In this document: positions 9,391-17,937 of the stretch, piece by piece
Position numbering within the stretch: position 1 is the stretch's first letter
Layout: each line of letters begins with the position of its first letter
NCBI GenBank assembly: GCA_001563335.1
Contig: LRSL01000033.1
Location: 1-54,985 of the forward strand
Reading direction: 5' to 3'
DNA: 54,985 nt
Origin: Candidatus Thorarchaeota archaeon SMTZ1-45
GTDB taxonomy: Archaea; Asgardarchaeota; Thorarchaeia; Thorarchaeales; Thorarchaeaceae
The notes under the pieces: generated by a model
The model's database searches: none
What the model saw: only the letters and a program-made list of their open reading frames with translations
Told to the model about the DNA's origin: nothing
Program-made: the position numbers and the translations under genes

Positions 9391-10077
9391 CTATTCGGAC
9401 CTTTTTTCCTGATCAAATGATTTGTTTTCTTCTTCTTTTGCTTTCTTCTTTTTAGCTTCCTTCTCTTTTTCCTTCTTCGCTTTTTCAAGCGCTCTAAAAT
9501 ATGCAGTCATTTTATCGTCAAGTGTGATGATATGGTGTACATCAGAGAATATCGATTTCAGGACATGTTCAAAGCTAAAAAAGAACAGTAACAAGATAGT
9601 AAGGTAGAAAACAATCATTGCAAAGAACACGTAAAAAAGTAGTTCAAGTAGAGCAGTATTAGGACCAAAACTTACCAAAGCAAACGATACCCCTTCATAC
9701 CATACGATCTGGCTGATTGCAGTGGCAAGATAGCCAAACATTAATGCAGAGAGTCGAAGTACTCGCTTATAATTCAGAAATCGGTCTGTTTCAAACTCAG
9801 GGATTAAATGAATTCTGTTAAGGTATGGAATGAACTCCGTACGATACCAATTAATTCCAGGGAGAATTGCATAGAAAAGACCTGTTCCTGAGAGTAGGAT
9901 AGGAGTTAGTACACCGGGCCCAACACACCAGAAGAATAATCCTTCAAAGAAGCTAAGAGTAGATATGATGGCACATACAACAAGGTGCGCAAAAAAAACA
10001 TAACCTTGGTAGGAGTCGGGTTTGGATGGTTCTAGATTAGACCAATCGTATTCGTTTTGGCCATCTAATAGATCCAC
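9391..10077 (-). CDS. hypothetical membrane protein (about 4 TM) with Lys/Glu-rich C-terminal tail
   Basis: 228-aa ORF with hydrophobic segments and the tail EKAKKEKEKEAKKKKAKEEENK. Confidence 0.7.
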   Translation of the reverse strand: MDLLDGQNEYDWSNLEPSKPDSYQGYVFFAHLVVCAIISTLSFFEGLFFWCVGPGVLTPILLSGTGLFYAILPGINWYRTEFIPYLNRIHLIPEFETDRFLNYKRVLRLSALMFGYLATAISQIVWYEGVSFALVSFGPNTALLELLFYVFFAMIVFYLTILLLFFFSFEHVLKSIFSDVHHIITLDDKMTAYFRALEKAKKEKEKEAKKKKAKEEENKSFDQEKRSE

Positions 10078-10160
10078 TTCAAACCCTCAAATGATTCAGG
10101 AGAGGTTCTCACCATGCACCTTTCAAGTTATTGAGTACCTACACCTATACCTGAAGAATT

Positions 10161-10193
10161 TGAGAAAAAGAGAGAGGAGGGGAAATCCCCCTC
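10161..10193 (-). terminator. probable terminator of the 13534->10201 operon
   Basis: GAGGGG-aaatc-CCCCTC hairpin (10177-10193), followed on the minus strand by a pyrimidine/T tract (CTCTCTCTTTTTCTC), just after the stop codon at 10201. Confidence 0.5.
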
Positions 10194-10200
10194 ACTAGTA

Positions 10201-10953
10201 CTATGTGAAGATGGCTGAGATACCACCAGTGGTTGTTTCAATAATGACGGTTAGTGTCTGTGATGCTGTGTCATAATCCGAGGATTCGTAGTGGTTCGAT
10301 GTAATCTGCGTCCAACCGGCTGCAGTAATATCAACACTACCAGTTGTAACAGCACATTCCACGCTACCGCCAACTCCACTTGGAACATCCACTACTACAC
10401 TAACTCCGCCAGTAGTAGTGTCAAGATTAAATGTAGCATTTCCAAGTAAGACCACGTCATCGGTCATCACTAGTGAAATTCCACCAGTTACTGTTGTGAG
10501 TGCAATATCACCAACATGTGCACCGTTGAGCAAGTTGACATTGATTCCTCCTGTAGAAACATCAACATCCAAAGTGTAGTTCACACCACTTCCAAGAGTG
10601 ATGTTCACACCAGCAGTAGTATAATCGAGCCGAATGGTATTGCTCGAGAATGTGACTGAGGGTGTACCATCTATTTCGAGTGTGGTATTCTGAACCTCGA
10701 TGTCAATATCGTAGAGTAGTGATGCATTATCAACGAATGTTATCAATATGCCGCCTGTAGCTAAATCAATATCTAAGTTCACTGTACCTGTGGTGGCTCC
10801 AACTTCTGCTTCGAAGGAGAAGTCAGTAGTAGCTAAATTCCAGTTAAACCAGTTAGTGCCGAAGTAGGATAAAGCTCCCACAGCAATTGCACCTACGATT
10901 ATAACTGCAAATATACACACAACCATACTTGTGTTTCTCTGATAATTACTCAT
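10201..10953 (-). CDS. membrane-anchored DUF4097/adhesin-like beta-strand repeat protein
   Basis: N-terminal TM followed by repeated (L/V)x(T/S)(T/S)GG(I/V)x(I/L/V) units. Confidence 0.75.
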   Translation of the reverse strand: MSNYQRNTSMVVCIFAVIIVGAIAVGALSYFGTNWFNWNLATTDFSFEAEVGATTGTVNLDIDLATGGILITFVDNASLLYDIDIEVQNTTLEIDGTPSVTFSSNTIRLDYTTAGVNITLGSGVNYTLDVDVSTGGINVNLLNGAHVGDIALTTVTGGISLVMTDDVVLLGNATFNLDTTTGGVSVVVDVPSGVGGSVECAVTTGSVDITAAGWTQITSNHYESSDYDTASQTLTVIIETTTGGISAIFT

Positions 10954-10956
10954 TGT

Positions 10957-11583
10957 TTATTCACCTTGTCTGTGAGACTGTAGAAAAGCGTGCCAATTCT
11001 TTCTCAAGTCTCGATATTGCGAATCTTCTTCCAGAGCGAAGCGACGCATGATTCGCGATGCATCGCCTCGTATTGAGGAGGGCAATTTATCAAGGCGCTC
11101 CTCATTCACAACAAGATTGCGAGAAGTTAGCTCATTCTCGCGATTTATCAACGCCGTCAGTAGTTCCACAGCCTCGCCAATCTGATCCTCTGGAATATCT
11201 ATACCATAGACTGAGAGGCTTTTAATTATGGATTTCAGACGCTTTGTTGTATCATCCCCAGTAGCCTGTATCATTTCACTGATACCCATCCTGTACTCGC
11301 GTGCAGAAGCACGATAGTACCGCTGAACAATACCAGTCTGGGTCTGTTCTGTTCGTTCTTCGAAGACAAGACCAACTTCTTTCAACTTCTGAATATGATG
11401 AAGTATAGTACCAGGATTTTTCCCAGTCACTTCTGAAAGCTGTTTTACTGTCATCGAGTCTTTCACGAGATAGTCAAACACTATCTTAGCTCGGGTTGGC
11501 TCCATGAGTAGCTTGATTAGATTCTTGTCTTCAATGACCTCCATGTCCTTGATTCGTTGTTTTTGTTTCTTGGAGCCGTTCAC
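10957..11583 (-). CDS. ArsR-like winged helix-turn-helix transcriptional regulator
   Basis: LMEPTRAKI...MTVKQLSEVTGKNPGTILHHIQKLKEVGLV...IVQRYYRA. Confidence 0.9.
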   Translation of the reverse strand: MNGSKKQKQRIKDMEVIEDKNLIKLLMEPTRAKIVFDYLVKDSMTVKQLSEVTGKNPGTILHHIQKLKEVGLVFEERTEQTQTGIVQRYYRASAREYRMGISEMIQATGDDTTKRLKSIIKSLSVYGIDIPEDQIGEAVELLTALINRENELTSRNLVVNEERLDKLPSSIRGDASRIMRRFALEEDSQYRDLRKNWHAFLQSHRQGE

Positions 11584-11585
11584 TG

Positions 11586-12536
11586 TTATAATCCTCCTAT
11601 AAAACTGGGACCAACTTCATCCTCACTATTCATTGGGATAAGATCATCATCATCTGCTGTGAGAATCATGTAGACTCTTGTGAGACCTATGGAAAGCGCA
11701 GGTAAGACTACGAATGCCAAGAGGAGGCTCATTATGACAGCATAGATTCCTAGTGGTACCAATGCAAGAATTTGAGTTGTAAAGAAAGGAATCGCCATTA
11801 TGAACAATGGTGAAGCAAGAACAACTATTAGCAATATATAAGAGAGCCAAGTGCCAAAGACACGGTCGAAATATTTGATACCCATTTGGATTGACTTCTT
11901 TGTTGCTTCAACAACAGAATAGCCATCGATAATTGCAGGGAACAGCATTGTCATGAGTCCAGTGCTCAATACAAACCAGACTATACCTAGTACAGAAATT
12001 AGTGGATTCATGATATTTGAAGACCCAACACCTATGAAAGCAACATTGAGAATTTGTTCTCCAAATAGAGTTACTGCTGCTAAGATCACTATCATGACTG
12101 GTCCCAGAATGAAAAGGAACAGCATAATTCCACCACCTGCCAGGGAGAAGAACTTCTTTCTGTACCAGGTAAAGACGCCCTCCGCAGAAGTTCCTTCACT
12201 CTCCACAATCTCTCTTGACATTCCAAAGAGTGCACCGCTAGCTACGAAGAATGGAGCAACAAATGGCAGCGCAATCAGGAAGATACCAGTTGCGATTGTT
12301 ATACCACCAGTTGTGAACCACGATTCCAGTGACTCAGCCCAGATTGTGAATGCTTGGAGCCCCCCAGGCGATATCACAATAGGAATGAAGATGAATGCAG
12401 CAACTATACCAATCAAGATGATTGTAACTAAGAAGACTCCAATAATCGCAAGCACATAGGAGATCACGTTTCTGAGTGCAAACCTAATGCTGATCTTCAG
12501 GTCTTCCACAATTGTTTGAAAGCTCGCTTTTTTCAT
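11586..12536 (-). CDS. hypothetical polytopic membrane protein (paralog of 12614..13534)
   Basis: About 6 TM helices. Shares D(L/M)KxS, GxxxGMS, AE..F..(Y/F)RxKFxSxAGxG, S.....YFDRV(F/Y)G and xVY with the neighbouring gene. Confidence 0.8.
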   Translation of the reverse strand: MKKASFQTIVEDLKISIRFALRNVISYVLAIIGVFLVTIILIGIVAAFIFIPIVISPGGLQAFTIWAESLESWFTTGGITIATGIFLIALPFVAPFFVASGALFGMSREIVESEGTSAEGVFTWYRKKFFSLAGGGIMLFLFILGPVMIVILAAVTLFGEQILNVAFIGVGSSNIMNPLISVLGIVWFVLSTGLMTMLFPAIIDGYSVVEATKKSIQMGIKYFDRVFGTWLSYILLIVVLASPLFIMAIPFFTTQILALVPLGIYAVIMSLLLAFVVLPALSIGLTRVYMILTADDDDLIPMNSEDEVGPSFIGGL

Positions 12537-12613
12537 TATTTTTCACACCTGGAAATATTGAGGGAGAGTATCTTGAAAGTTGTCCTTCAAGACACTCTCC
12601 AAGTTCATCGCAC

Positions 12614-13534
12614 CTACACGATGGGCATATCAACAACGCTCTGCGTTGCTATCTCTCCACCAGTGAGTTCTTGGTAGACCTTGACCCAGACGATCCTTAC
12701 CATTGGTAAGAACAGGAGAAGCCAGAGGAGCACCATAATCACAGTATAGAGACCAACACCAACAATAGCTGGGATGAATACCAGAGTGACTGGTGGAATG
12801 AAATCTGCCATAGCAAGAGCTGCTATGACAAGAGGACCGAAGGTGGCGGCTAGCAGAAGCACGATGGCTGTCAAGACTCCGTAGACACGATCAAAGTACC
12901 GGGTGGATAGAGAGAAAGAGTCCTTGAAAGCTTCCTGAACTCCCTTGCCACTGGCTACTGCAGGCCAGACCATTGAGGTCAAACCAGCAGTAATGTAAAC
13001 CCACACAAATGTGAAGGTCGTGAGGACATAGGTGGCTGGCGCGGTGATTGCGTAACCCATCGCATAGGAGGTTAGACCCCAGGCGATGGTGGGTGGTAGT
13101 ACGACAATAATTGTAAGAATTGCACCAGTGCCTGCAAAGGAGAGGAACTTGTGTCTGAAATAGGAGAATGCAAGCTCGGCCTTGGTTTCGCCCTTGGTGA
13201 CTAAGTCATGACTCATCCCATAGATAGAGCCGCTGACGACCAAGAATAATGAAACAAGTGGAATCAATACTAGGATACCAATTCCTCCAACAATGAGAGG
13301 ATTGACTGCAGCCCAATTAGCCAGAGCAGTCATTGTGGCTTCGGAGAATGGCGCGAGAACTACCCATGCTACAATGAGCACAGGGATTGCTACGATCCCA
13401 AGAAGGATCACCATGACAATCAACATGCCTAGATTCGCAAGGAAGTAACTTAGCATGCTCTTCCAAGCAAGTTTAAGGCTCGTCTTCATGTCGTCAAGAA
13501 TTGTACCGAAAGTTGTAGACATTGTATACACCAT
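12614..13534 (-). CDS. hypothetical polytopic membrane protein (paralog of 11586..12536)
   Basis: Same motifs and TM pattern as the adjacent gene. Confidence 0.8.
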   Translation of the reverse strand: MVYTMSTTFGTILDDMKTSLKLAWKSMLSYFLANLGMLIVMVILLGIVAIPVLIVAWVVLAPFSEATMTALANWAAVNPLIVGGIGILVLIPLVSLFLVVSGSIYGMSHDLVTKGETKAELAFSYFRHKFLSFAGTGAILTIIVVLPPTIAWGLTSYAMGYAITAPATYVLTTFTFVWVYITAGLTSMVWPAVASGKGVQEAFKDSFSLSTRYFDRVYGVLTAIVLLLAATFGPLVIAALAMADFIPPVTLVFIPAIVGVGLYTVIMVLLWLLLFLPMVRIVWVKVYQELTGGEIATQSVVDMPIV

Positions 13535-13545
13535 ATTATTATCGG

Positions 13546-13635
13546 CAAACGCTTAGCTTGTTACTTACCAAACGTTTGACACATATCAAACTATAACTCA
13601 TACCCTTATAAATTGTTTGGTAAACGCCAAACGTT
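13546..13635 (-). promoter_or_regulatory. archaeal promoter (TTTATAA box at 13612-13606) flanked by repeated CAAACG operator-like sites
   Basis: CAAACGCTT 13546-54, palindrome CAAACGTTTG 13569-78, GTTTGG-n6-CCAAAC 13615-32, and TTACCAAAC 13565-73 inverted against GTTTGGTAA 13615-23. Confidence 0.55.
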
Positions 13636-13666
13636 ACAACGACCATCAAACATACAGGTCTGTGAT

Positions 13667-14587
13667 CTACATCTTTGCAGAATTGACCATCCCGATGAGT
13701 TTCGCATGTCTATAACTTGAGAAGTACTGGTGATGCCCGCTGATCAAGACTTTCACACTTGTCACATGCTCATTCTTCCTAATAGAGCGAACGATTTCAA
13801 TGAGTTCGGTGATATCATCAGCTACCAAAAGTGCGTAAATCACTGGTTCAGAAGCTGATATGTAAGTTTCTCTATGATGGATAGGATATTCCTTCTCTAG
13901 CATATCCGCGATTGTTGAATACTTAGCTGTTTTTTCATTCCAGAGAATCCGCACTATGAATGGCAGACTCGTGCCAGCTCCCAATTCAACCAAAGCAACA
14001 AAACGGAGTGCGTTATTCTCTTCAAACTCTCCAATCAGCCTTCTCACTCGTCGCGCAGTCAGTCCTGTCTTCTGTGCAATATCAACTATTGGAAGTCGCG
14101 GGTCCTCTAAGAGCGGTTCTAAGATGCGAAGATGAGTCTTGGTAAGGTTCATCTTTGCGCCCCAAGTTCCTATGATTGTATGTAATTCTGCACTGATAAC
14201 ACTATCAAGTGTTCGAAGGAACGACCCAAGCTCCTGTAATTCTTGTGGTCCATGGTATTCTGCCACAAGAGCATAGGTGCCATCAGTATAAGATGAGGCC
14301 GCCATAACATACTTGCTTGATCCAATTTCCTCAACCATCTCAACTTCATCTCTTGAACCATCAGTCGATAAGAGACCGAAGAGAAAACCTGTGCCAGTCA
14401 TTGCAGGAGACATGAAAATGGAATAACCAGAGATGATTCCATTTTCTTCCAGATTCAAAATACGACGACGAATCGCATTGGCTGAAATACCATACTTTCG
14501 TGAGAGCTCTTGGTAACTGAGTCTGCAATTTCGTTGTAAGTCAGTTAGTATGTTCTTGTCCATTTCATCCAAGATGTACACATCCAC
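13667..14587 (-). CDS. Lrp/AsnC family transcriptional regulator with two tandem HTH-RAM units
   Basis: LDEMDKNILTDLQRNCRLSYQELSR...GIISGY, and a second unit LTKTHLRILEPLLEDPRLPIVDIAQKTGLT. Confidence 0.85.
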   Translation of the reverse strand: MDVYILDEMDKNILTDLQRNCRLSYQELSRKYGISANAIRRRILNLEENGIISGYSIFMSPAMTGTGFLFGLLSTDGSRDEVEMVEEIGSSKYVMAASSYTDGTYALVAEYHGPQELQELGSFLRTLDSVISAELHTIIGTWGAKMNLTKTHLRILEPLLEDPRLPIVDIAQKTGLTARRVRRLIGEFEENNALRFVALVELGAGTSLPFIVRILWNEKTAKYSTIADMLEKEYPIHHRETYISASEPVIYALLVADDITELIEIVRSIRKNEHVTSVKVLISGHHQYFSSYRHAKLIGMVNSAKM

Positions 14588-14811
14588 GCTTTCTCAGCAA
14601 TCGGTTGAAGACACTTTAACCTCATCAAATGAGCTAGACTGTGAGATTTATGCATTCCTAACTAAGTGTAGATTATGTAGATTAGCACCCTAGGACATGC
14701 TTGATACAGTCATTACTACAACTAGTTTCAGTAGTTCACAGCCAACCTAAAAGAGCTAGTCTGGGTACGAGAGGTTGAGTTAAATTGGTAAATTAGAATC
14801 TGAAATGTGAA

Positions 14812-15468
14812 ATGACTCGGAATCTCGAAGATTTGCATATACACTCCAACTACTCTGATGGAGTTTCTAGTGTTGGAGAGATTACTCAACGAGCTGCGTT
14901 TCTTAAACTAAAGACGATTGCTATTGCTGATCATTTTTGGCCATCATTGGGTTCTCGAAAGGGTGGAATAAACATCATCGAACAGAGACGTCATGAGATT
15001 GAAACTTGCAGAGATGACTATCCAGAACTGAAGATTCTCGATGTTGCAGAAGTTGACATTCAGTCAAATGGAGAGCTTGCACCTGTTGCTGGTGGGCTTG
15101 AGCAATTCGATCTAATCATAGGGTCGTTCCACTGGTTCACTGATTCCACAAGGTGGGTATCAGCTCTGGTTCAAGCATTGAGAAGGAAAGAGTTTCAGAT
15201 TCTCGGACACTGGGACGGCTATCTCTCCTCTTACAGAGAGGAGGATGGGAGAATTGCGGCGGAGGCGCTCGCGGAAGCAGGTGTCGCAATTGAGCTGAAT
15301 GGTAGATACTCAGTTGAGCATATTGGTTTTCTAGAACTAGCCAACGCGTATGGGTGTTCCTTCACACTTGGCAGTGATTCACATCATGTGAGCACAGTTG
15401 GAGATCTTGACTTCCAAGAGAAACTTGCAACAAGCATGAATCTTAATCTAATGAAAGTGAACCTTTAA
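14812..15468 (+). CDS. PHP domain phosphoesterase (YcdX/HisJ-like)
   Basis: Metal-binding motifs DLHIHSNYSDG, IADH, GSFH, ILGH, IELN and GSDSH. Confidence 0.9.
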   Translation: MTRNLEDLHIHSNYSDGVSSVGEITQRAAFLKLKTIAIADHFWPSLGSRKGGINIIEQRRHEIETCRDDYPELKILDVAEVDIQSNGELAPVAGGLEQFDLIIGSFHWFTDSTRWVSALVQALRRKEFQILGHWDGYLSSYREEDGRIAAEALAEAGVAIELNGRYSVEHIGFLELANAYGCSFTLGSDSHHVSTVGDLDFQEKLATSMNLNLMKVNL

Positions 15469-15548
15469 GGCGAGCATGGCAGGGGAATTGGCAAATCCAG
15501 AAGCCTTTTCACTTGCATAGTACAGAGTTTAATTATTGGAGATGATTA

Positions 15549-15968
15549 TTGATGGGTGACGAACTCGTTTTTCCATCGGACGAATGGATTAAGATGTACA
15601 TGGACCTCCTGAACAAGAATGACCGATATGAGGACGCTGCTAAAACTTGGGAGGGAGACTTTGTCTTTGAGATTACTGCAGATGGAGAGATTGTGACAGA
15701 ACCGATCAGGTTCTACATGGATCTTTACCATGGTAAGTGCAGGGCTGCAAGAATGGCTGGTCCTGATGACACAGCAGAGTTTACCTATTCAGGACCTTAC
15801 AAGAATTGGCGAGCCCTTTTCGATGGCAAGATTGACCCAATCAAGGGAATAATGGCTCGAAAATTCAAGCTTGATGGTGACATGGGCAAGGTCATGCGCT
15901 ACACAAAGGCGGCTCTAGAGCTTGTAGCCACAACAAGACTAGTTCCTACAAAATACTTGGATGAATAG
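15549..15968 (+). CDS. SCP2 sterol/lipid-binding domain protein
   Basis: FPSDEWI...W.GDF...GPYKNWRALFDGKIDPIKGIMARKFKLDGDM. Confidence 0.9.
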   Translation: MMGDELVFPSDEWIKMYMDLLNKNDRYEDAAKTWEGDFVFEITADGEIVTEPIRFYMDLYHGKCRAARMAGPDDTAEFTYSGPYKNWRALFDGKIDPIKGIMARKFKLDGDMGKVMRYTKAALELVATTRLVPTKYLDE

Positions 15969-17064
15969 CAACAAGACTGAATCAATCTCTGAATCATGTA
16001 GGAGCCCCACAATAATGTGGTGGAAAAGGAGCGGTTTAAAGAAAAGACCGGGACCAGGTTGCGCAGTCTGGGAAATCACTCTTGCTTGCAATCTAAAGTG
16101 TATTCATTGCGGTTCAGCTGCAGGTAAGGCACGTTCAGATGAGTTGTCAACAGAGGAAGCACTCCAGCTTTGTGAAGATCTCAAAAGCATTGGATGCAGA
16201 GGAGTAGCGCTCATGGGTGGTGAGCCCTTACTTAGAAAAGATTGGGTCACCATTTCTGAGAGAGTTCATGATTTGGACATGGATCTGTCAATAATAACCA
16301 ATGGATGGCTTGGTCAGAATGATGCCGTTACTCAACAACTAGTTGATCTATCACCAGAGTGTGTGACTGTGAGTCTCGATGGGGGAGAGTCTTCCATCCA
16401 TGATATGATTAGGGGTGTTGAAGGATCTTTTGAGCGTGCAGCAAAAGCCATTGACAGATATGCAGGTCTTGGACTTCCAACCTCCGTAATTACCACTGTA
16501 CATAAGTTGAATCTAAGGGAACTAACAAAGATACGAGATCTCTTGAGGGGGAAAGGAGTAGCATGGCAAATTCAAATGGCTACACCGCATGGAAGACTGG
16601 AACGTAAGCATGTGTTGTCCCAAGATGAGTTCTACTCAGTCGCACTGTTCATTGCAGCAACTAGGAAATTGTATTCTAAGCAACTTATGGTGGCTGGAGC
16701 TCATGATATGGGATACTTCTCCACAATTCTTGATGAGTTGCAGGTTATGTCGTGGCAAGGTTGTCAAGCTGGAATTGGTACACTAGGAATACAGAGCAAT
16801 GGAAACATCACAGGATGTTTAGCTCTGCCTGCGCAGTTCATTGAGGGGAATGTAAGGGAACGATCTCTAAATGAGATATGGTATGATAATGAGTCATTCA
16901 AATATTCACGTCGCGTAAAATTGTCGGACATGAAAGCGCACTGCACAACTTGTGAGTTCAAGGGAATCTGTAAGGGAGGGTGTTCTGCGGTTTCTGTAAC
17001 TATGGGGAAAGGACTCCATCAAGACCCATTCTGTGTGCGCCATATCGAACAATCGATGAAGTAG
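15961..17064 (+). CDS. radical SAM/SPASM domain protein, peptide/protein maturase-like (true start may be ATG at 16015)
   Basis: WEITLACNLKCIHCGS (CxxxCxxC), MGGEPL and VSLDG, plus the SPASM cysteines GCQAG...GC...CTTCEFKGICKGGC...FC. Confidence 0.9.
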   Translation: MNSNKTESISESCRSPTIMWWKRSGLKKRPGPGCAVWEITLACNLKCIHCGSAAGKARSDELSTEEALQLCEDLKSIGCRGVALMGGEPLLRKDWVTISERVHDLDMDLSIITNGWLGQNDAVTQQLVDLSPECVTVSLDGGESSIHDMIRGVEGSFERAAKAIDRYAGLGLPTSVITTVHKLNLRELTKIRDLLRGKGVAWQIQMATPHGRLERKHVLSQDEFYSVALFIAATRKLYSKQLMVAGAHDMGYFSTILDELQVMSWQGCQAGIGTLGIQSNGNITGCLALPAQFIEGNVRERSLNEIWYDNESFKYSRRVKLSDMKAHCTTCEFKGICKGGCSAVSVTMGKGLHQDPFCVRHIEQSMK

Positions 17065-17116
17065 CCAGAAGCAAGAATCAAAGAGCTTATTGCTAGTTTT
17101 TACTTAATATTCATGG

Positions 17117-17509
17117 GTGAAGGAGTTGAGATGGAGTGGAAGAGGAACAGTTGGATATGCATATCTCAAATTCCGCGATTTTCTACCAACAACTATGAAG
17201 ATGGTGGCTGATGAGTTTATTCGAATTCGGTTTCCTACAAGAAAGCAGTTAGCAGAGATTGAAGCTCTTGGCAAGTGCATAGGCTTAGATGGGAAGGAGA
17301 TTTATGCGGCAACTGGTTTTCCAATCAACAACGAATATTTACAGAAACGTAGATTGACTCCATTATCAGTGTGTATAATGGTTTTAGTCATCATAATCAT
17401 AGGCTTTGTAATCCTTGTTCTTACAGGATATTTTCCTAGACCTCCCGAAGTATATGGTGCTGGTACTCGTTACGGAAGTATAAAACCTAAAGATTTCATC
17501 GTAGACTAA
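17117..17509 (+). CDS. small single-pass membrane protein with C-terminal YxxGxxYG motif (paralog A)
   Basis: TM preceded by KRR, tail PEVYGAGTRYGSIKPKDF. Clear similarity to the next ORF. Confidence 0.75.
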   Translation: MKELRWSGRGTVGYAYLKFRDFLPTTMKMVADEFIRIRFPTRKQLAEIEALGKCIGLDGKEIYAATGFPINNEYLQKRRLTPLSVCIMVLVIIIIGFVILVLTGYFPRPPEVYGAGTRYGSIKPKDFIVD

Positions 17510-17529
17510 CTCACTCGGGGTGGTAAGAT

Positions 17530-17934
17530 TTGCTTGGAATAATTATGCACATGATTTGGGTTGACATAAACCGACTAGAGAGCTATCTTCCCATCAGACT
17601 TTATGATAGAATGCAGCAGATAACAGGTTATGTTGAACCTAGCAGACAACAGTTAACCAAGATTGAGTTACTAGGGAAAAATGTAGGGCTCGAGAAATCA
17701 GAAGTCTTGGCAGCACTGGATTCACATTTGAGCACCACGGGTATTGGGAGTAAATCTAGGATTTCTCTTTTTACTACAATAATCGTTATGATTGTCATAG
17801 CATTAGTAAGTGTCCTTCTTACTTGGTTCGTTGTAGATCCTGAGAGTTTTCCCGTACCAACATATGTTCCAGGTTCACTCTATGGAACCATATCTCCAAG
17901 AGACTTCAGCGCTCTTGACCCAGTGATAGCTTAG
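17530..17934 (+). CDS. small single-pass membrane protein with C-terminal YxxGxxYG motif (paralog B)
   Basis: TM preceded by KSR, tail PTYVPGSLYGTISPRDF. Clear similarity to the previous ORF. Confidence 0.75.
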   Translation: MLGIIMHMIWVDINRLESYLPIRLYDRMQQITGYVEPSRQQLTKIELLGKNVGLEKSEVLAALDSHLSTTGIGSKSRISLFTTIIVMIVIALVSVLLTWFVVDPESFPVPTYVPGSLYGTISPRDFSALDPVIA

Positions 17935-17937
17935 TTT

